64,000 nt of DNA from the NCBI GenBank assembly GCA_036881925.1, contig JBAJNJ010000004.1, positions 216,100 to 280,099 on the forward strand, read 5' to 3'. This DNA comes from Desulfobacter sp. Its GTDB lineage: Bacteria; Desulfobacterota; Desulfobacteria; Desulfobacterales; Desulfobacteraceae. Positions 9,067 through 17,886 of the stretch are shown here, one piece after another. The translations under genes and the position numbers were made by a program. The notes below the pieces were generated by a model. It saw only the letters and a list, made by a program, of their open reading frames with translations, was not told where the DNA came from and did no database searches. Position 1 is the stretch's first letter; each line of letters starts with the position of its first letter.

Positions 9067-10530
9067 ATGAGTGCTTCCATGGCAGATGCGACAAATTTCA
9101 GATATGTGACCCTGGCGGATGAAATCCAGGAAAACATCATGACCGGCCAGTTCAGGCCCGGAGAAAAGCTGCCCTCCCTGAGAAAGCTTCATAACCAGTT
9201 GGGACTGAGCATTTCCACGATCCACCAGGCATATATCGAACTGGAAAAAAGGGGCCGGGTCGAAGCAAGGGAAAAGTCGGGGTTTTATGTGAGGGCTCTT
9301 TTGGAAAACCCCCTGCCCACCCCCCGGAAAACCGCAAGCAGATCGCTGCCCAGCCGGGTAAAAATAAATGCCCTTGCAGAGACAATCATCTCGGATATCC
9401 AGTCCCAGAACATGCTCCAACTGGGGGCAGCACTGCCTGCAAGGGAACTGATGCCGGTCAAACAGCTCTCCAGGATTTTAAAATCCATATCTGCCGAGGA
9501 CCTGGAAACCGGTATCTCAACCTATGATCCCTGCATTGGAAATACCGAACTCAGAAATGCCCTGGCCAAACAGATGCTGGGCAATGCCTGCAAGGTATTT
9601 CCCGACGATATCATCACCACAAACGGGTGTCTTGAGGCGGTCAGCCTCTGTCTCAGGGCCGTGGCATCCCCCGGAGATACCATCCTGGTCGAGTCGCCGG
9701 CATTCCACTGTTTCCTCCAGCTTATCGAAGACCTAAACATGTATGTGCTGGAACTTCCCGGCTGCCCGGAAAAAGGCATGGATCCCGATGCATTTGAAGC
9801 GGCCGTCACTGCCAACACGGTCAGGGCCTGCCTGTTCAACACCAACTTCCAGAATCCGCTGGGGTCCGTGATGTCTTCCCGGGCAAGGGCACGGGTGTTG
9901 AAAATTGCAGATGCCAACGATCTGCCCATTATTGAGGACGATATATACGGAGATCTCTACTTTGGAGAGAAACGTCCCGCCACCTTTAAAAGCCTTGATA
10001 CCCGGGGATCTGTTCTGTATTGCTCCTCATTTTCAAAATCACTGGCTCCGGGGTTGAGGGCCGGCTGGACCATCCCGGGAAAGTTCAGGGAAAAAGTCAT
10101 CCGCCTCAAGCTCAACTCCCAGCTTTCCTCTGCCGGCATCAGCCACCGGGTAGCTGCCAGGTTCATGGAAACCGGTGCCTATGACAGACACCTGCGGCGG
10201 TTGCGGAACCAGATCAAAAACCAGGCCTCGGCACTGGCCATAGCAGTCTCGAATTATTTTCCCAAAGATACCCGGCTGACCTTTCCACAGGGGGGAATGA
10301 TCATCTGGATCGAGTTGAACAAAGCCGTCGACACCATGGCCATCTATCAGCAGGCAAGGCCCCACAGCATTTCCATACTTCCCGGCAGGCTGTGCTCCTC
10401 ATCCGACCGGTACGCGCATTGCCTCCGCCTGAACTGCGGTATTCCGTGGAGTGATGCGCTTGAACGCGGAATTGCACTTTTGGGGCGGCTGATCAAGGCG
10501 GAGTACAGGAAAAAAGGGGTGACGCCGTAA
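9067..10530 (+). CDS. MocR-type regulator: GntR winged-helix DNA-binding domain fused to a PLP-dependent aminotransferase-like domain
   Basis: N-terminus 'LADEIQENIMTGQFRPGEKLPSLRKLHNQLGLSISTIHQAYIELE' is a GntR HTH. The C-terminal ~350 aa are aminotransferase class I/II-like, including 'YCSSFSKSLAPGLRAGW' with the PLP lysine. Confidence 0.85.
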   Translation: MSASMADATNFRYVTLADEIQENIMTGQFRPGEKLPSLRKLHNQLGLSISTIHQAYIELEKRGRVEAREKSGFYVRALLENPLPTPRKTASRSLPSRVKINALAETIISDIQSQNMLQLGAALPARELMPVKQLSRILKSISAEDLETGISTYDPCIGNTELRNALAKQMLGNACKVFPDDIITTNGCLEAVSLCLRAVASPGDTILVESPAFHCFLQLIEDLNMYVLELPGCPEKGMDPDAFEAAVTANTVRACLFNTNFQNPLGSVMSSRARARVLKIADANDLPIIEDDIYGDLYFGEKRPATFKSLDTRGSVLYCSSFSKSLAPGLRAGWTIPGKFREKVIRLKLNSQLSSAGISHRVAARFMETGAYDRHLRRLRNQIKNQASALAIAVSNYFPKDTRLTFPQGGMIIWIELNKAVDTMAIYQQARPHSISILPGRLCSSSDRYAHCLRLNCGIPWSDALERGIALLGRLIKAEYRKKGVTP

Positions 10531-10643
10531 TACCGGGCCAAAGCCCGCAGATTTTTCCCACTTGATAAACCCTCCGGCCGGACCCATCTTATATCTATCT
10601 TTAATAAAACGATATTTTAGTAAACACACATGCAATTAAAAAC

Positions 10644-10672
10644 TTGACACCCCTGGAAAAGGAGCGCATATT
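10644..10672 (+). promoter_or_regulatory. candidate sigma70-type promoter for the proline dehydrogenase gene
   Basis: TTGACA (10644-10649), a 17-nt spacer, then CATATT (10667-10672), about 50 nt upstream of the preferred start. Confidence 0.35.
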
Positions 10673-10724
10673 CCTCACGATTTAAATGGTCAAACCATTT
10701 CAGAACAACACACAGGAGTCGCCC

Positions 10725-11636
10725 ATGTTAACAAAACTCATCAGCCACACCCTTCCCTACTTCCCCCAGAAGTTTATCTGGCAGTTTTCAAAGACCTATA
10801 TTGCCGGAGAAACCACCGGGGAAGCCATTGACGTCTCCAAAGCCCTGAACAGCGAAAACGCAATGGTCAGCCTTGATATTCTCGGTGAATTTATCCAAAA
10901 CATGGATCAGGCCAGGGCAAACAGGGATGCATACCTGGATTTGATCCACACGGCCGAGCAAACGGATGTCACAGGCAATTATTCGATCAAGCCCACCATG
11001 TTCGGACTGCTGCTGGATAAAGAGACTTGTTATGCCTATATCCGGGACCTGGTGAAAAAAGCGGCAGCTTACGGCAACTTTATCCGTATTGACATGGAAG
11101 ACTCTCCATGCGTGGACGACTCCATAGCAATATTCAGGCGGCTCAAGGCGGAGTTTCCCGCAAATGTTGGCCTGGTGCTCCAGGCTTACCTGAAACGGAC
11201 CCTGTCCGACCTTGACAGCATGCTGGATCTCAGGTCCGGGGATGCCCCCCTTAACTTCCGGCTCTGTAAGGGCATCTATGTGGAATCCGAACAAATCGCT
11301 TACAGGGATTATCATGAAATCAATGCCCATTACCTTGAAGATCTTGAATTCATGATAAAAAACGATGTCTACCCGGCCATTGCCACCCATGACGCCCCCC
11401 TGATCCAGGGCGCTCTTGCCTTGATCGATAAGTACAACCTGCCCAAAGACAAATACGAATTCCAGATGCTCTACGGTGTCACGCCCAAACGGCGCAAGGC
11501 ACTTTTGCGTGCAGGACACCCGTTACGGGTATACGTGCCTTTTGGAGAGCACTGGTTCGGATATTCCACACGGCGTCTGAAAGAAAACCCGGCCATGATC
11601 AGCCATATCATCAAGGCGATGCTGGGCAGGGAGTAA
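10725..11636 (+). CDS. proline dehydrogenase family protein (monofunctional, PutB-like)
   Basis: 'SLDILGE', 'IRIDMEDS', 'LVLQAYLKRT', 'RLCKGIYVE', 'IATHD' and 'YEFQMLYGV' follow the proline dehydrogenase TIM-barrel motif order. The start at M14 has AGGAG 7 nt upstream. Confidence 0.8.
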   Translation: MLTKLISHTLPYFPQKFIWQFSKTYIAGETTGEAIDVSKALNSENAMVSLDILGEFIQNMDQARANRDAYLDLIHTAEQTDVTGNYSIKPTMFGLLLDKETCYAYIRDLVKKAAAYGNFIRIDMEDSPCVDDSIAIFRRLKAEFPANVGLVLQAYLKRTLSDLDSMLDLRSGDAPLNFRLCKGIYVESEQIAYRDYHEINAHYLEDLEFMIKNDVYPAIATHDAPLIQGALALIDKYNLPKDKYEFQMLYGVTPKRRKALLRAGHPLRVYVPFGEHWFGYSTRRLKENPAMISHIIKAMLGRE

Positions 11637-11933
11637 CGGAGCAGCCGCCCGGGCTCTGACGCACTTGCCACCGGAACCGGCTATGCACCGTACTTTGACA
11701 CCCGACCAAAACTTTGCTGGACATTTTAAAAAAGGGGTGGGATAATTACGTTTGATTTCAAAAATTAGTCGAGATATCTATTTTAAGCTCTATCAAACTT
11801 TTTTCCCTTCACCCCCTTGCCAACACCGGAAAAACTGTTTAATCTTTTATACAGGACAAAGCCTTTGTTAGACGAATACAAAGGGGTTCTTAAGCTTGAT
11901 CTGTTTAAATGATTATTATGAAAGGAGCCTGTA

Positions 11934-12173
11934 ATGAGAGACAGAGCAGTTAGACGGCACCAGGAATTTAAAGTAAGACGGAAATTGAACAGACAATACA
12001 CCAGCTGCATTGAAAACCTTTCCACAGATGCAAAATATGGAATTGAAGGAAATACTGAAAAACTCAAGAAAGTATGCGCAAGCCCATATTCCGAGGAACA
12101 TGACAGAAAATTCGGGAAAAAGACCCCTCAGGAAAGACGGCATGACATCACCATGAGAGAGCAGCTGAACTAA
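11934..12173 (+). CDS. hypothetical small basic protein (79 aa)
   Basis: AAAGGAG RBS at 11921-11927, then ATG at 11934. K/R-rich. An intrinsic terminator follows directly. The gene sits in a locally AT-rich stretch and no family was recognised. Confidence 0.45.
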   Translation: MRDRAVRRHQEFKVRRKLNRQYTSCIENLSTDAKYGIEGNTEKLKKVCASPYSEEHDRKFGKKTPQERRHDITMREQLN

Positions 12174-12195
12174 GCAGCCCCTTTGAAACAATACG

Positions 12196-12224
12196 CCCGG
12201 ACAGCTCTGCTGTCCGGGTTTTTT
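12196..12224 (+). terminator. rho-independent terminator
   Basis: CCCGGACAG (12196-12204), a 5-nt loop, CTGTCCGGG (12210-12218), then TTTTTT. Confidence 0.65.
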
Positions 12225-12279
12225 ATGTCTTATTTCCGGGAACGCTCCGCAATGCAGGGCAATCCCCGCCCCTTTTCAT

Positions 12280-12468
12280 TTACAAAAATTTTTCCATTTT
12301 ATAATGCCGGGCCAGGCGCTGGCGTTCTTCCCCGGCCAGGGATTTCATATACCGGCTCCATCCCGGGCACCAGTTTGCATGCCATCGCCACATCCGCCCC
12401 AGAAGAGAGGTGGGTTGACGGTCAAATCTGGCCCTGAATCCGCAGGTACTGCAATTATGTTTTTTCAT
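12280..12468 (-). CDS. small Cys-containing hypothetical protein (62 aa)
   Basis: Start re-picked at 'MKKHNCSTCGFRARF...MWRWHANWCPGW' (GGAGA RBS upstream). It lies 62 nt downstream of the Fe-S/SCP2 gene on the same strand. Confidence 0.5.
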   Translation of the reverse strand: MKKHNCSTCGFRARFDRQPTSLLGRMWRWHANWCPGWSRYMKSLAGEERQRLARHYKMEKFL

Positions 12469-12530
12469 ATTGATCTCCGTTTGAGTAAAATCCCATATTA
12501 ATATAGATGATGATGACTCTGCTCTCAATA

Positions 12531-13859
12531 TCAGGACGGAAAGCATCTTGCAAAGGCTTTCATCAGTGCTGCACGCCCTTTGAACCTGATTTTACGTGTA
12601 AGAAGCGCCTTTAAAAGCCCTGTTTCCCCGCTTAAAAACCGTATCCATACCTGGCTGTCGGCAGTTACATGAAGGTCCGAAACGCCAGCCAGCCCGGATG
12701 TTACAGTGATGCTACCCTTTTGAATGGTGACAGTGCCGTCCAGGGTTTCGCTTCCGGTAAATGAAAAATGAAATACGGCATCCAGCCCGTCCGCCAAATG
12801 GGGCTGAAAAACAAGCGGCAGGCTTTCCAAAAACCCTTCGGCCGATACCGGCCGAAGCCCATTGGAAACATGTTTGACCTGTTTTGCAGGAAAATGTTTT
12901 TTCACATGGCGATCAGCACCGGAGTCTTTAACCGCATAAACCGTCTCCGGAAGGTCTCTGAACCGCGTCACATAGGTGTCAATATATGCCTGCCTGTCAT
13001 TAAGGAATTCTCCGATAAGGTCCTTTCCCGCCGGGCAGACCGCCATGCAGCGGTCGCATTTATTCTGTGCGCCCACTGCCAGGTGCTGCCACATGGAAAC
13101 GGTTTCCCTGTCACTGACCCTGCGCCGGTAATCATGCACATCATCGGCGGCCACCACTTGCTCCACCCAGTTCTGAAAGCCGCCCAAGCGCTCCCGGTAA
13201 TTATGGGTAAAGCAGGCCAGAAAATCAAAATCATCCCCGGATTTCACCGCTCCCGTAGGACAAACCTTAAGACAAAGACCGCAACGGATACAGGGATTAT
13301 ACGCCACAGGACGGTTATACACATCACACCGGGCTGACATCAGGACAGAACCGAAAAGCACACCAGCCCCGAACTTCGGGTGGATCACCAGGCGATTATA
13401 TCCCATCTGGCCCAACCCTGCTTCCCAGGCCATGCGTTTGTCTTCGGTAAGCCAGATTTTTCCCGGCCAGCGGGAGGCTTCCTGGGGAAATCCCGCCGGC
13501 ATGTTCACGGCCCTGATCCCTTCCCTGTTAAGACGATTGGCCACAGTTCTTCCGGTATGGCCGACATCCGCCCAGACCTGTTTGAACTCATAATCCGTAA
13601 CAGACTGGGCAAGACTCCTCAGGCTGCCGGGATTTGCCCGGAATGCCATGACAATGATACTCCGGGCACCGGGCATCACGTCCAGAAGGTCCTTTTGGCA
13701 ATGGGCAATGCTTTCCCGTCCCAATTCAATGATCCCCACATCATCTGCGCCGGCCGCCAAAACAAGCTCCCTGACCCTGGAGTTGCTCACGGATTCCGGC
13801 AAACTTTGCCCCTCCTGCTTCCTGTATGCGTTTATGTCCGGATGCTCCACAGGTGCCAT
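12531..13859 (-). CDS. 4Fe-4S dicluster protein (epoxyqueuosine-reductase/reductive-dehalogenase-like fold) fused to a C-terminal SCP2 sterol-binding domain
   Basis: Two ferredoxin motifs, 'CIRCGLCLKVCPTGA' and 'CDRCMAVCPAGKD'. The C-terminal ~100 aa ('FHFSFTGSETLDGTVTIQKGSITV...LLTRKIRFKGRAALMKAFARCF') look SCP2-like. Start at M34 has GGAGG 5 nt upstream. Confidence 0.72.
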   Translation of the reverse strand: MAPVEHPDINAYRKQEGQSLPESVSNSRVRELVLAAGADDVGIIELGRESIAHCQKDLLDVMPGARSIIVMAFRANPGSLRSLAQSVTDYEFKQVWADVGHTGRTVANRLNREGIRAVNMPAGFPQEASRWPGKIWLTEDKRMAWEAGLGQMGYNRLVIHPKFGAGVLFGSVLMSARCDVYNRPVAYNPCIRCGLCLKVCPTGAVKSGDDFDFLACFTHNYRERLGGFQNWVEQVVAADDVHDYRRRVSDRETVSMWQHLAVGAQNKCDRCMAVCPAGKDLIGEFLNDRQAYIDTYVTRFRDLPETVYAVKDSGADRHVKKHFPAKQVKHVSNGLRPVSAEGFLESLPLVFQPHLADGLDAVFHFSFTGSETLDGTVTIQKGSITVTSGLAGVSDLHVTADSQVWIRFLSGETGLLKALLTRKIRFKGRAALMKAFARCFPS

Positions 13860-13912
13860 CACTGTTCCTCCATTTATTTTGTTGATATCTGCTGACACAC
13901 ACCACACAAAAA

Positions 13913-13926
13913 ATACCGATCGGTAT
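13913..13926. promoter_or_regulatory. palindromic candidate TetR operator upstream of the Fe-S/SCP2 gene
   Basis: Perfect 14-bp palindrome ATACCGATCGGTAT, 54 nt upstream of the start at 13859. The same core recurs at 14588-14607. Confidence 0.5.
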
Positions 13927-13936
13927 ATAAAAAGAC

Positions 13937-13966
13937 AAAAAAACAGGCTGTAAACCATACAGCCTG
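13937..13966 (-). terminator. rho-independent terminator after the TetR gene
   Basis: On the minus strand: CAGGCTGTA-tggtt-TACAGCCTG followed by a 7-T tract (plus-strand A-run at 13937-13943). Confidence 0.65.
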
Positions 13967-13974
13967 CAAAACAG

Positions 13975-14568
13975 CTATATTCTAAGCTCGGTATTGACCA
14001 GATGAATAATATGGTCGATGTTCCGGCTCAGGTGGATGGTATTGCCCGTAACCTTGGCCAGCATCATCCCCCCTTCAATCAGGGACACGAAAATGGAGGC
14101 AAACTGCTCCGGCTTTATGCTCCCGGAAATCTGACCCTGGCGGATCCCCTGGCGGACAACACCGGCAACGGCGGCAACCCACTTGTCAACCGCAGCATTC
14201 ACACATGCTTTGAGACGCGGATGGACATGGTCGGAGTCCACGGCCGCGTTGAGTACGGGACAGCCTCCGGACGCGGCAATGGCGGTAAACTCATCCAGGT
14301 AGAAATTGGCAAAATAAATCAGTTTTTCACAGGCCTCTGTATCCGATCCGATGATCCGGGCAATTTTCCGGGTGATTTTTTCCATGTTGAAATCAAAGGC
14401 GGCAAGGGCGATGTCATCCTTGTCCTTGAAATTCCCGTAAATCGCCCCCTTTGTCATGTTTATGGCCCGGGTCAGACGGGACACACTGGTCCCCGCATAC
14501 CCGTATTTGTTGAAGACCGGGGCGGCCTGTTCAATGATATGCTGCCGTGTTTGTTCCGACTTGCTCAT
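13975..14568 (-). CDS. TetR/AcrR-family transcriptional regulator
   Basis: 'TRQHIIEQAAPVFNKYGYAGTSVSRLTRAINMTKGAIYGNFKDKDDI' is a canonical TetR N-terminal HTH. Confidence 0.9.
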   Translation of the reverse strand: MSKSEQTRQHIIEQAAPVFNKYGYAGTSVSRLTRAINMTKGAIYGNFKDKDDIALAAFDFNMEKITRKIARIIGSDTEACEKLIYFANFYLDEFTAIAASGGCPVLNAAVDSDHVHPRLKACVNAAVDKWVAAVAGVVRQGIRQGQISGSIKPEQFASIFVSLIEGGMMLAKVTGNTIHLSRNIDHIIHLVNTELRI

Positions 14569-14587
14569 AATTCACCTTCTTCAAGAA

Positions 14588-14607
14588 AATATACCGATCG
14601 GTATATT
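14588..14607. promoter_or_regulatory. palindromic candidate TetR operator in the tetR / neuC-like divergent region
   Basis: Perfect 20-bp palindrome AATATACCGATCGGTATATT, 20 nt upstream of the tetR start codon. Confidence 0.55.
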
Positions 14608-14743
14608 AAGTCAATTTATTTTTTACCCCTGTTTTGCATTTTCAAAAATCCGGCACAGATTATGCAAATTCCATTGCCACAAGGATTGAACCGGAAAGTT
14701 TTTCCCATACACGCCAAACAATGCATGACGCAAGAGGTTTTCC

Positions 14744-15895
14744 ATGAAAAAAATCTGTATCATCACAGACACTCTGAAAAACGATACTATTCTCTTTCCA
14801 TTGATGAAACGGCTCCGGGAGGATGATGCTGTCACCCTCACGGTCCTGTCCACCGGCCGGCACAAAACCGATGACATTGCACTCAACTTTGTCAGCCTGA
14901 AAGACGGAGACCTTCCCGCAGAAGAATCCCTGGAAATCAGCCTCATCCCGGGTGCCGCTCCCGGCCAGGCCTCCCCCGACAGGGAACAACATGCATATGC
15001 CGCTGCCTTAAAAGAAATAGCCCCGGAGATCCTGGTATTGTTCGGCAGCAGCATGGCCACATTTTCCGCTGCAGTTGCCGCATTTCTCAACAACATCCCC
15101 GTGGCCCATATCCAGGGAGGAGAGTCTGATTACGGTGTCTGGGATGATGCATATGGTTTCGGCATCACCAAAATTGCCAACCTTCATTTCACGTCCACGG
15201 AAACATACCGCCGCAGAGTGATCGGCTTTGGAGAACATCCCGACAGGGTGTTCAATGTCGGCTCCCTTGCGGTACAGGATCTTCTGGCCAGAAAAATACC
15301 TGATAAGGAAACGGTTTGCCAATCCCTGGACATGAACCCGGCAGACGAGTTTATCTTTGTTTCCATGACGCCTGACCGGTCCATCGGCTCCAGGAACAGC
15401 GCCTTGATGCAATCCGTATCAGATGCCCTTGAGAACCCAAAATACAACGCCTTTAAGCTGGTATGTGAAGATCCCGGACCCAGGGGATTCGGGCGCATCA
15501 TGAAACGCGGGCTTGACCGGCTGTCTTCCAGGTATCCGGGAAGGGTTTGTTTTCTCAGGGATGAAACGCTTTTTCCCGGCGTGATGGCGCACTGCCGGGC
15601 AATCGTCGGCAACACAGACCACTGCGTTGTTGAAGGGGCAACGCTCAGGACGCCGGCGGTCATTGTCGGCGACCGCCTCAAAGACCGGGAAAACCCCGGG
15701 CATATGGTTCCTGCCGGCATGGATCCGGCAGTGGTGTCAACCGCACTGGACCGGGCCCTTTGCCCCACATTCAAATTAGGCCTGCTGTTTCTCACCTCTC
15801 CGTTTGAAAAAGAAGACACACCGGGCCGCATTAAAGAGGTGCTTCGGGCGTACACCCTTTGTGACACCCGTGCCAAGACCCATTTCAATCGTTAA
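14744..15895 (+). CDS. UDP-N-acetylglucosamine 2-epimerase, hydrolysing type (NeuC/LegG-like)
   Basis: 'KKICIITDT...', 'VAHIQGGE' and 'THLHFTSTE'-type motifs ('IANLHFTSTETYRRRVIGFGEHPDRVFNVGSLAV'). Length 383 aa. Confidence 0.78.
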   Translation: MKKICIITDTLKNDTILFPLMKRLREDDAVTLTVLSTGRHKTDDIALNFVSLKDGDLPAEESLEISLIPGAAPGQASPDREQHAYAAALKEIAPEILVLFGSSMATFSAAVAAFLNNIPVAHIQGGESDYGVWDDAYGFGITKIANLHFTSTETYRRRVIGFGEHPDRVFNVGSLAVQDLLARKIPDKETVCQSLDMNPADEFIFVSMTPDRSIGSRNSALMQSVSDALENPKYNAFKLVCEDPGPRGFGRIMKRGLDRLSSRYPGRVCFLRDETLFPGVMAHCRAIVGNTDHCVVEGATLRTPAVIVGDRLKDRENPGHMVPAGMDPAVVSTALDRALCPTFKLGLLFLTSPFEKEDTPGRIKEVLRAYTLCDTRAKTHFNR

Positions 15896-15936
15896 TATTC
15901 AGCCTTTGATCCCTTGGGGTCATGCCTGGACAAAAC

Positions 15937-15970
15937 AAGACCGCTGCCGGTTCAACCGGCAACGGTCTTT
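15937..15970. terminator. strong hairpin between convergent genes (bidirectional terminator candidate)
   Basis: AAGACCG(C)TGCCGGT / ACCGGCA(A)CGGTCTT, about 14 bp with one mismatch. Short T-runs lie on both strands. Confidence 0.5.
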
Positions 15971-16001
15971 ATACTTACGCGCCGTGTTGATCAAATTGTG
16001 A

Positions 16002-17636
16002 TCACAGGGAAAATTTTTGCACCATCCGGTTCAATTCAGCGGCAAGGTCGTTGAGTTGCCCGGACCGCCTGCTCAGCGTTCCACCGGTTTCAGACATATG
16101 GTCGGCGGCACTGCTGACCCCTGCAATGTCCGCAGCCACTTCCCCGGAAACCTCCGAACTCTGGGCGACCCGTTCGGCAACCTCTTCAAGGCCAGTGGCC
16201 GCTTCTTTCACATTGCCGGAAATCTCGTTGGTGGCAATGGACTGTTCTTCAACGGCTTTGTCAATGGTCACAACAATACCGTTTACCTCATCAATGACAT
16301 CGGTAATCCGCTGAATCCTGGTAACAGTCTCTACCATGGTTTCCGAAATATTTTTGACGCTGGAATTGATATCAACCGTTGCCGCTCCGGTCTGATTTGC
16401 CAGTTCTTTTATTTCATTTGCCACAACACCGAATCCCTTACCGGCTTCTCCTGCCCGTGCGGCCTCAATGGTGGCATTCAATGCCAAAAGATTGGTCTGC
16501 TCGGAGATGTCGCTGATGGTCTCGGTGACCTTACGGATCTCATCAGCGGCGCTCTTGAGCTCATTGACCTTTACAGAGACATCCTTTGCCTCGGCAACAG
16601 CCGTGTCAGATATGCCATGGGCTTTTTCCGTATTCTGTGAAATCCCGTTGATCATCGACAGCATTCCTCCGGCGGAATCAGCGACAATACTCACATTGGA
16701 CGCGGCCTGTTCTACTGCGGCGGCCACAGAATTCATATTGGAACTCAACTCTTCGGCTGCCGAGGCCACGGACTGGGATTTCATGCTTACATCTTCGGTG
16801 TTGGCATTCATGTCTGAAGCGGATGTGGCAAGCTCTTCGGATGCACTGGCCAGGTTCCCGGCACTATTGCTGATATTGGAGAACAATTGGTTCAGATCCC
16901 CGGCCATGTTGTCCAGGTCCCGGGCAATGGCACCGACCTCGTCATTGGAGTCAATATTTGACGTAACCGAAAGGTCTCCCGCACCGACTTTCTGGGCAAA
17001 CGCCTTGAGACTGAGCATTTTCCGGATCAGGGAGTGAAGCAGGAGGAAATAAGCACCGGCCACAAGAAAAAGCACCACAAAACCAAGGCTTGCATAGATT
17101 TTCAGGCGGTTCAGTTCGGACTGCATATGAACCTCACCCTCGGTTTCAATTTTATTGGCGATCTCTTCAATGGTTTTAAATGCAGTAAAAGCAGGTGAAT
17201 CGTCTATTTTAACGACACCGTCGATTTCTCTGGGACTTTTTCCCTGGCTGTGCATTTCCTGGGATACAACAATGGCACGTGCATATTTTTCAGCCACCAT
17301 TTTGATATTTTCAATGGCCTCACGTTCTTCATTACTTTTTGCCAATGCGTTAAGTTCGGCAATGGCTTTCATCATGGTTGACCTGTTTTTTTCAAACCGG
17401 TCAACGAACTTTGCCTGGCCCCTGAGCACATGGTTTTTAAAGTTATGAATAAACCCGCCATAACCGAACTGGGACTCAATTGTGGATAACAACCGCTGTC
17501 GGACAACGGCTTCCTCAAGATGGGACTCCCAAACCGATGCCACGCGTTGCAGCGCTGAAAACTGAGTGATGCTGATCAATGAAATCAAAATTAAAACCAA
17601 AATACTGAGCAGAAACGTCTTTTTCTTGGCAGTCAT
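16002..17636 (-). CDS. methyl-accepting chemotaxis protein
   Basis: N-terminal TM helix, ~170 aa periplasmic helical domain, second TM helix, HAMP, and an MCP signalling domain with '[35 protein letters not shown]'. Confidence 0.9.
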   Translation of the reverse strand: MTAKKKTFLLSILVLILISLISITQFSALQRVASVWESHLEEAVVRQRLLSTIESQFGYGGFIHNFKNHVLRGQAKFVDRFEKNRSTMMKAIAELNALAKSNEEREAIENIKMVAEKYARAIVVSQEMHSQGKSPREIDGVVKIDDSPAFTAFKTIEEIANKIETEGEVHMQSELNRLKIYASLGFVVLFLVAGAYFLLLHSLIRKMLSLKAFAQKVGAGDLSVTSNIDSNDEVGAIARDLDNMAGDLNQLFSNISNSAGNLASASEELATSASDMNANTEDVSMKSQSVASAAEELSSNMNSVAAAVEQAASNVSIVADSAGGMLSMINGISQNTEKAHGISDTAVAEAKDVSVKVNELKSAADEIRKVTETISDISEQTNLLALNATIEAARAGEAGKGFGVVANEIKELANQTGAATVDINSSVKNISETMVETVTRIQRITDVIDEVNGIVVTIDKAVEEQSIATNEISGNVKEAATGLEEVAERVAQSSEVSGEVAADIAGVSSAADHMSETGGTLSRRSGQLNDLAAELNRMVQKFSL

Positions 17637-17830
17637 GTATTACCCTCCCCAAGCAGCTAAAAGTCAGAACAAGTTTTCCAATAAAGCGTTAATTTAACCA
17701 TAAACTTCACATCAGGCAATAGCCCGGAATAAAATAAATAAACCCGTTGAACTAACCGAATGAGCAATTCGTTATCCATGGGAATATTTTTTAAAATCCG
17801 TTTTAAATAAGAAAATTTTTCCGTTGATGG

Positions 17831-17864
17831 AAAAAGCCGCCGGCCGGGGAGCCCGGCCGGCGGC
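17831..17864 (-). terminator. rho-independent terminator downstream of mdh
   Basis: Perfect 13-bp GC stem (17836-17848 / 17852-17864) with a 3-nt loop, followed on the minus strand by TTTTT. Confidence 0.7.
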
Positions 17865-17886
17865 CAGAAACATAACGCACCCGGAG

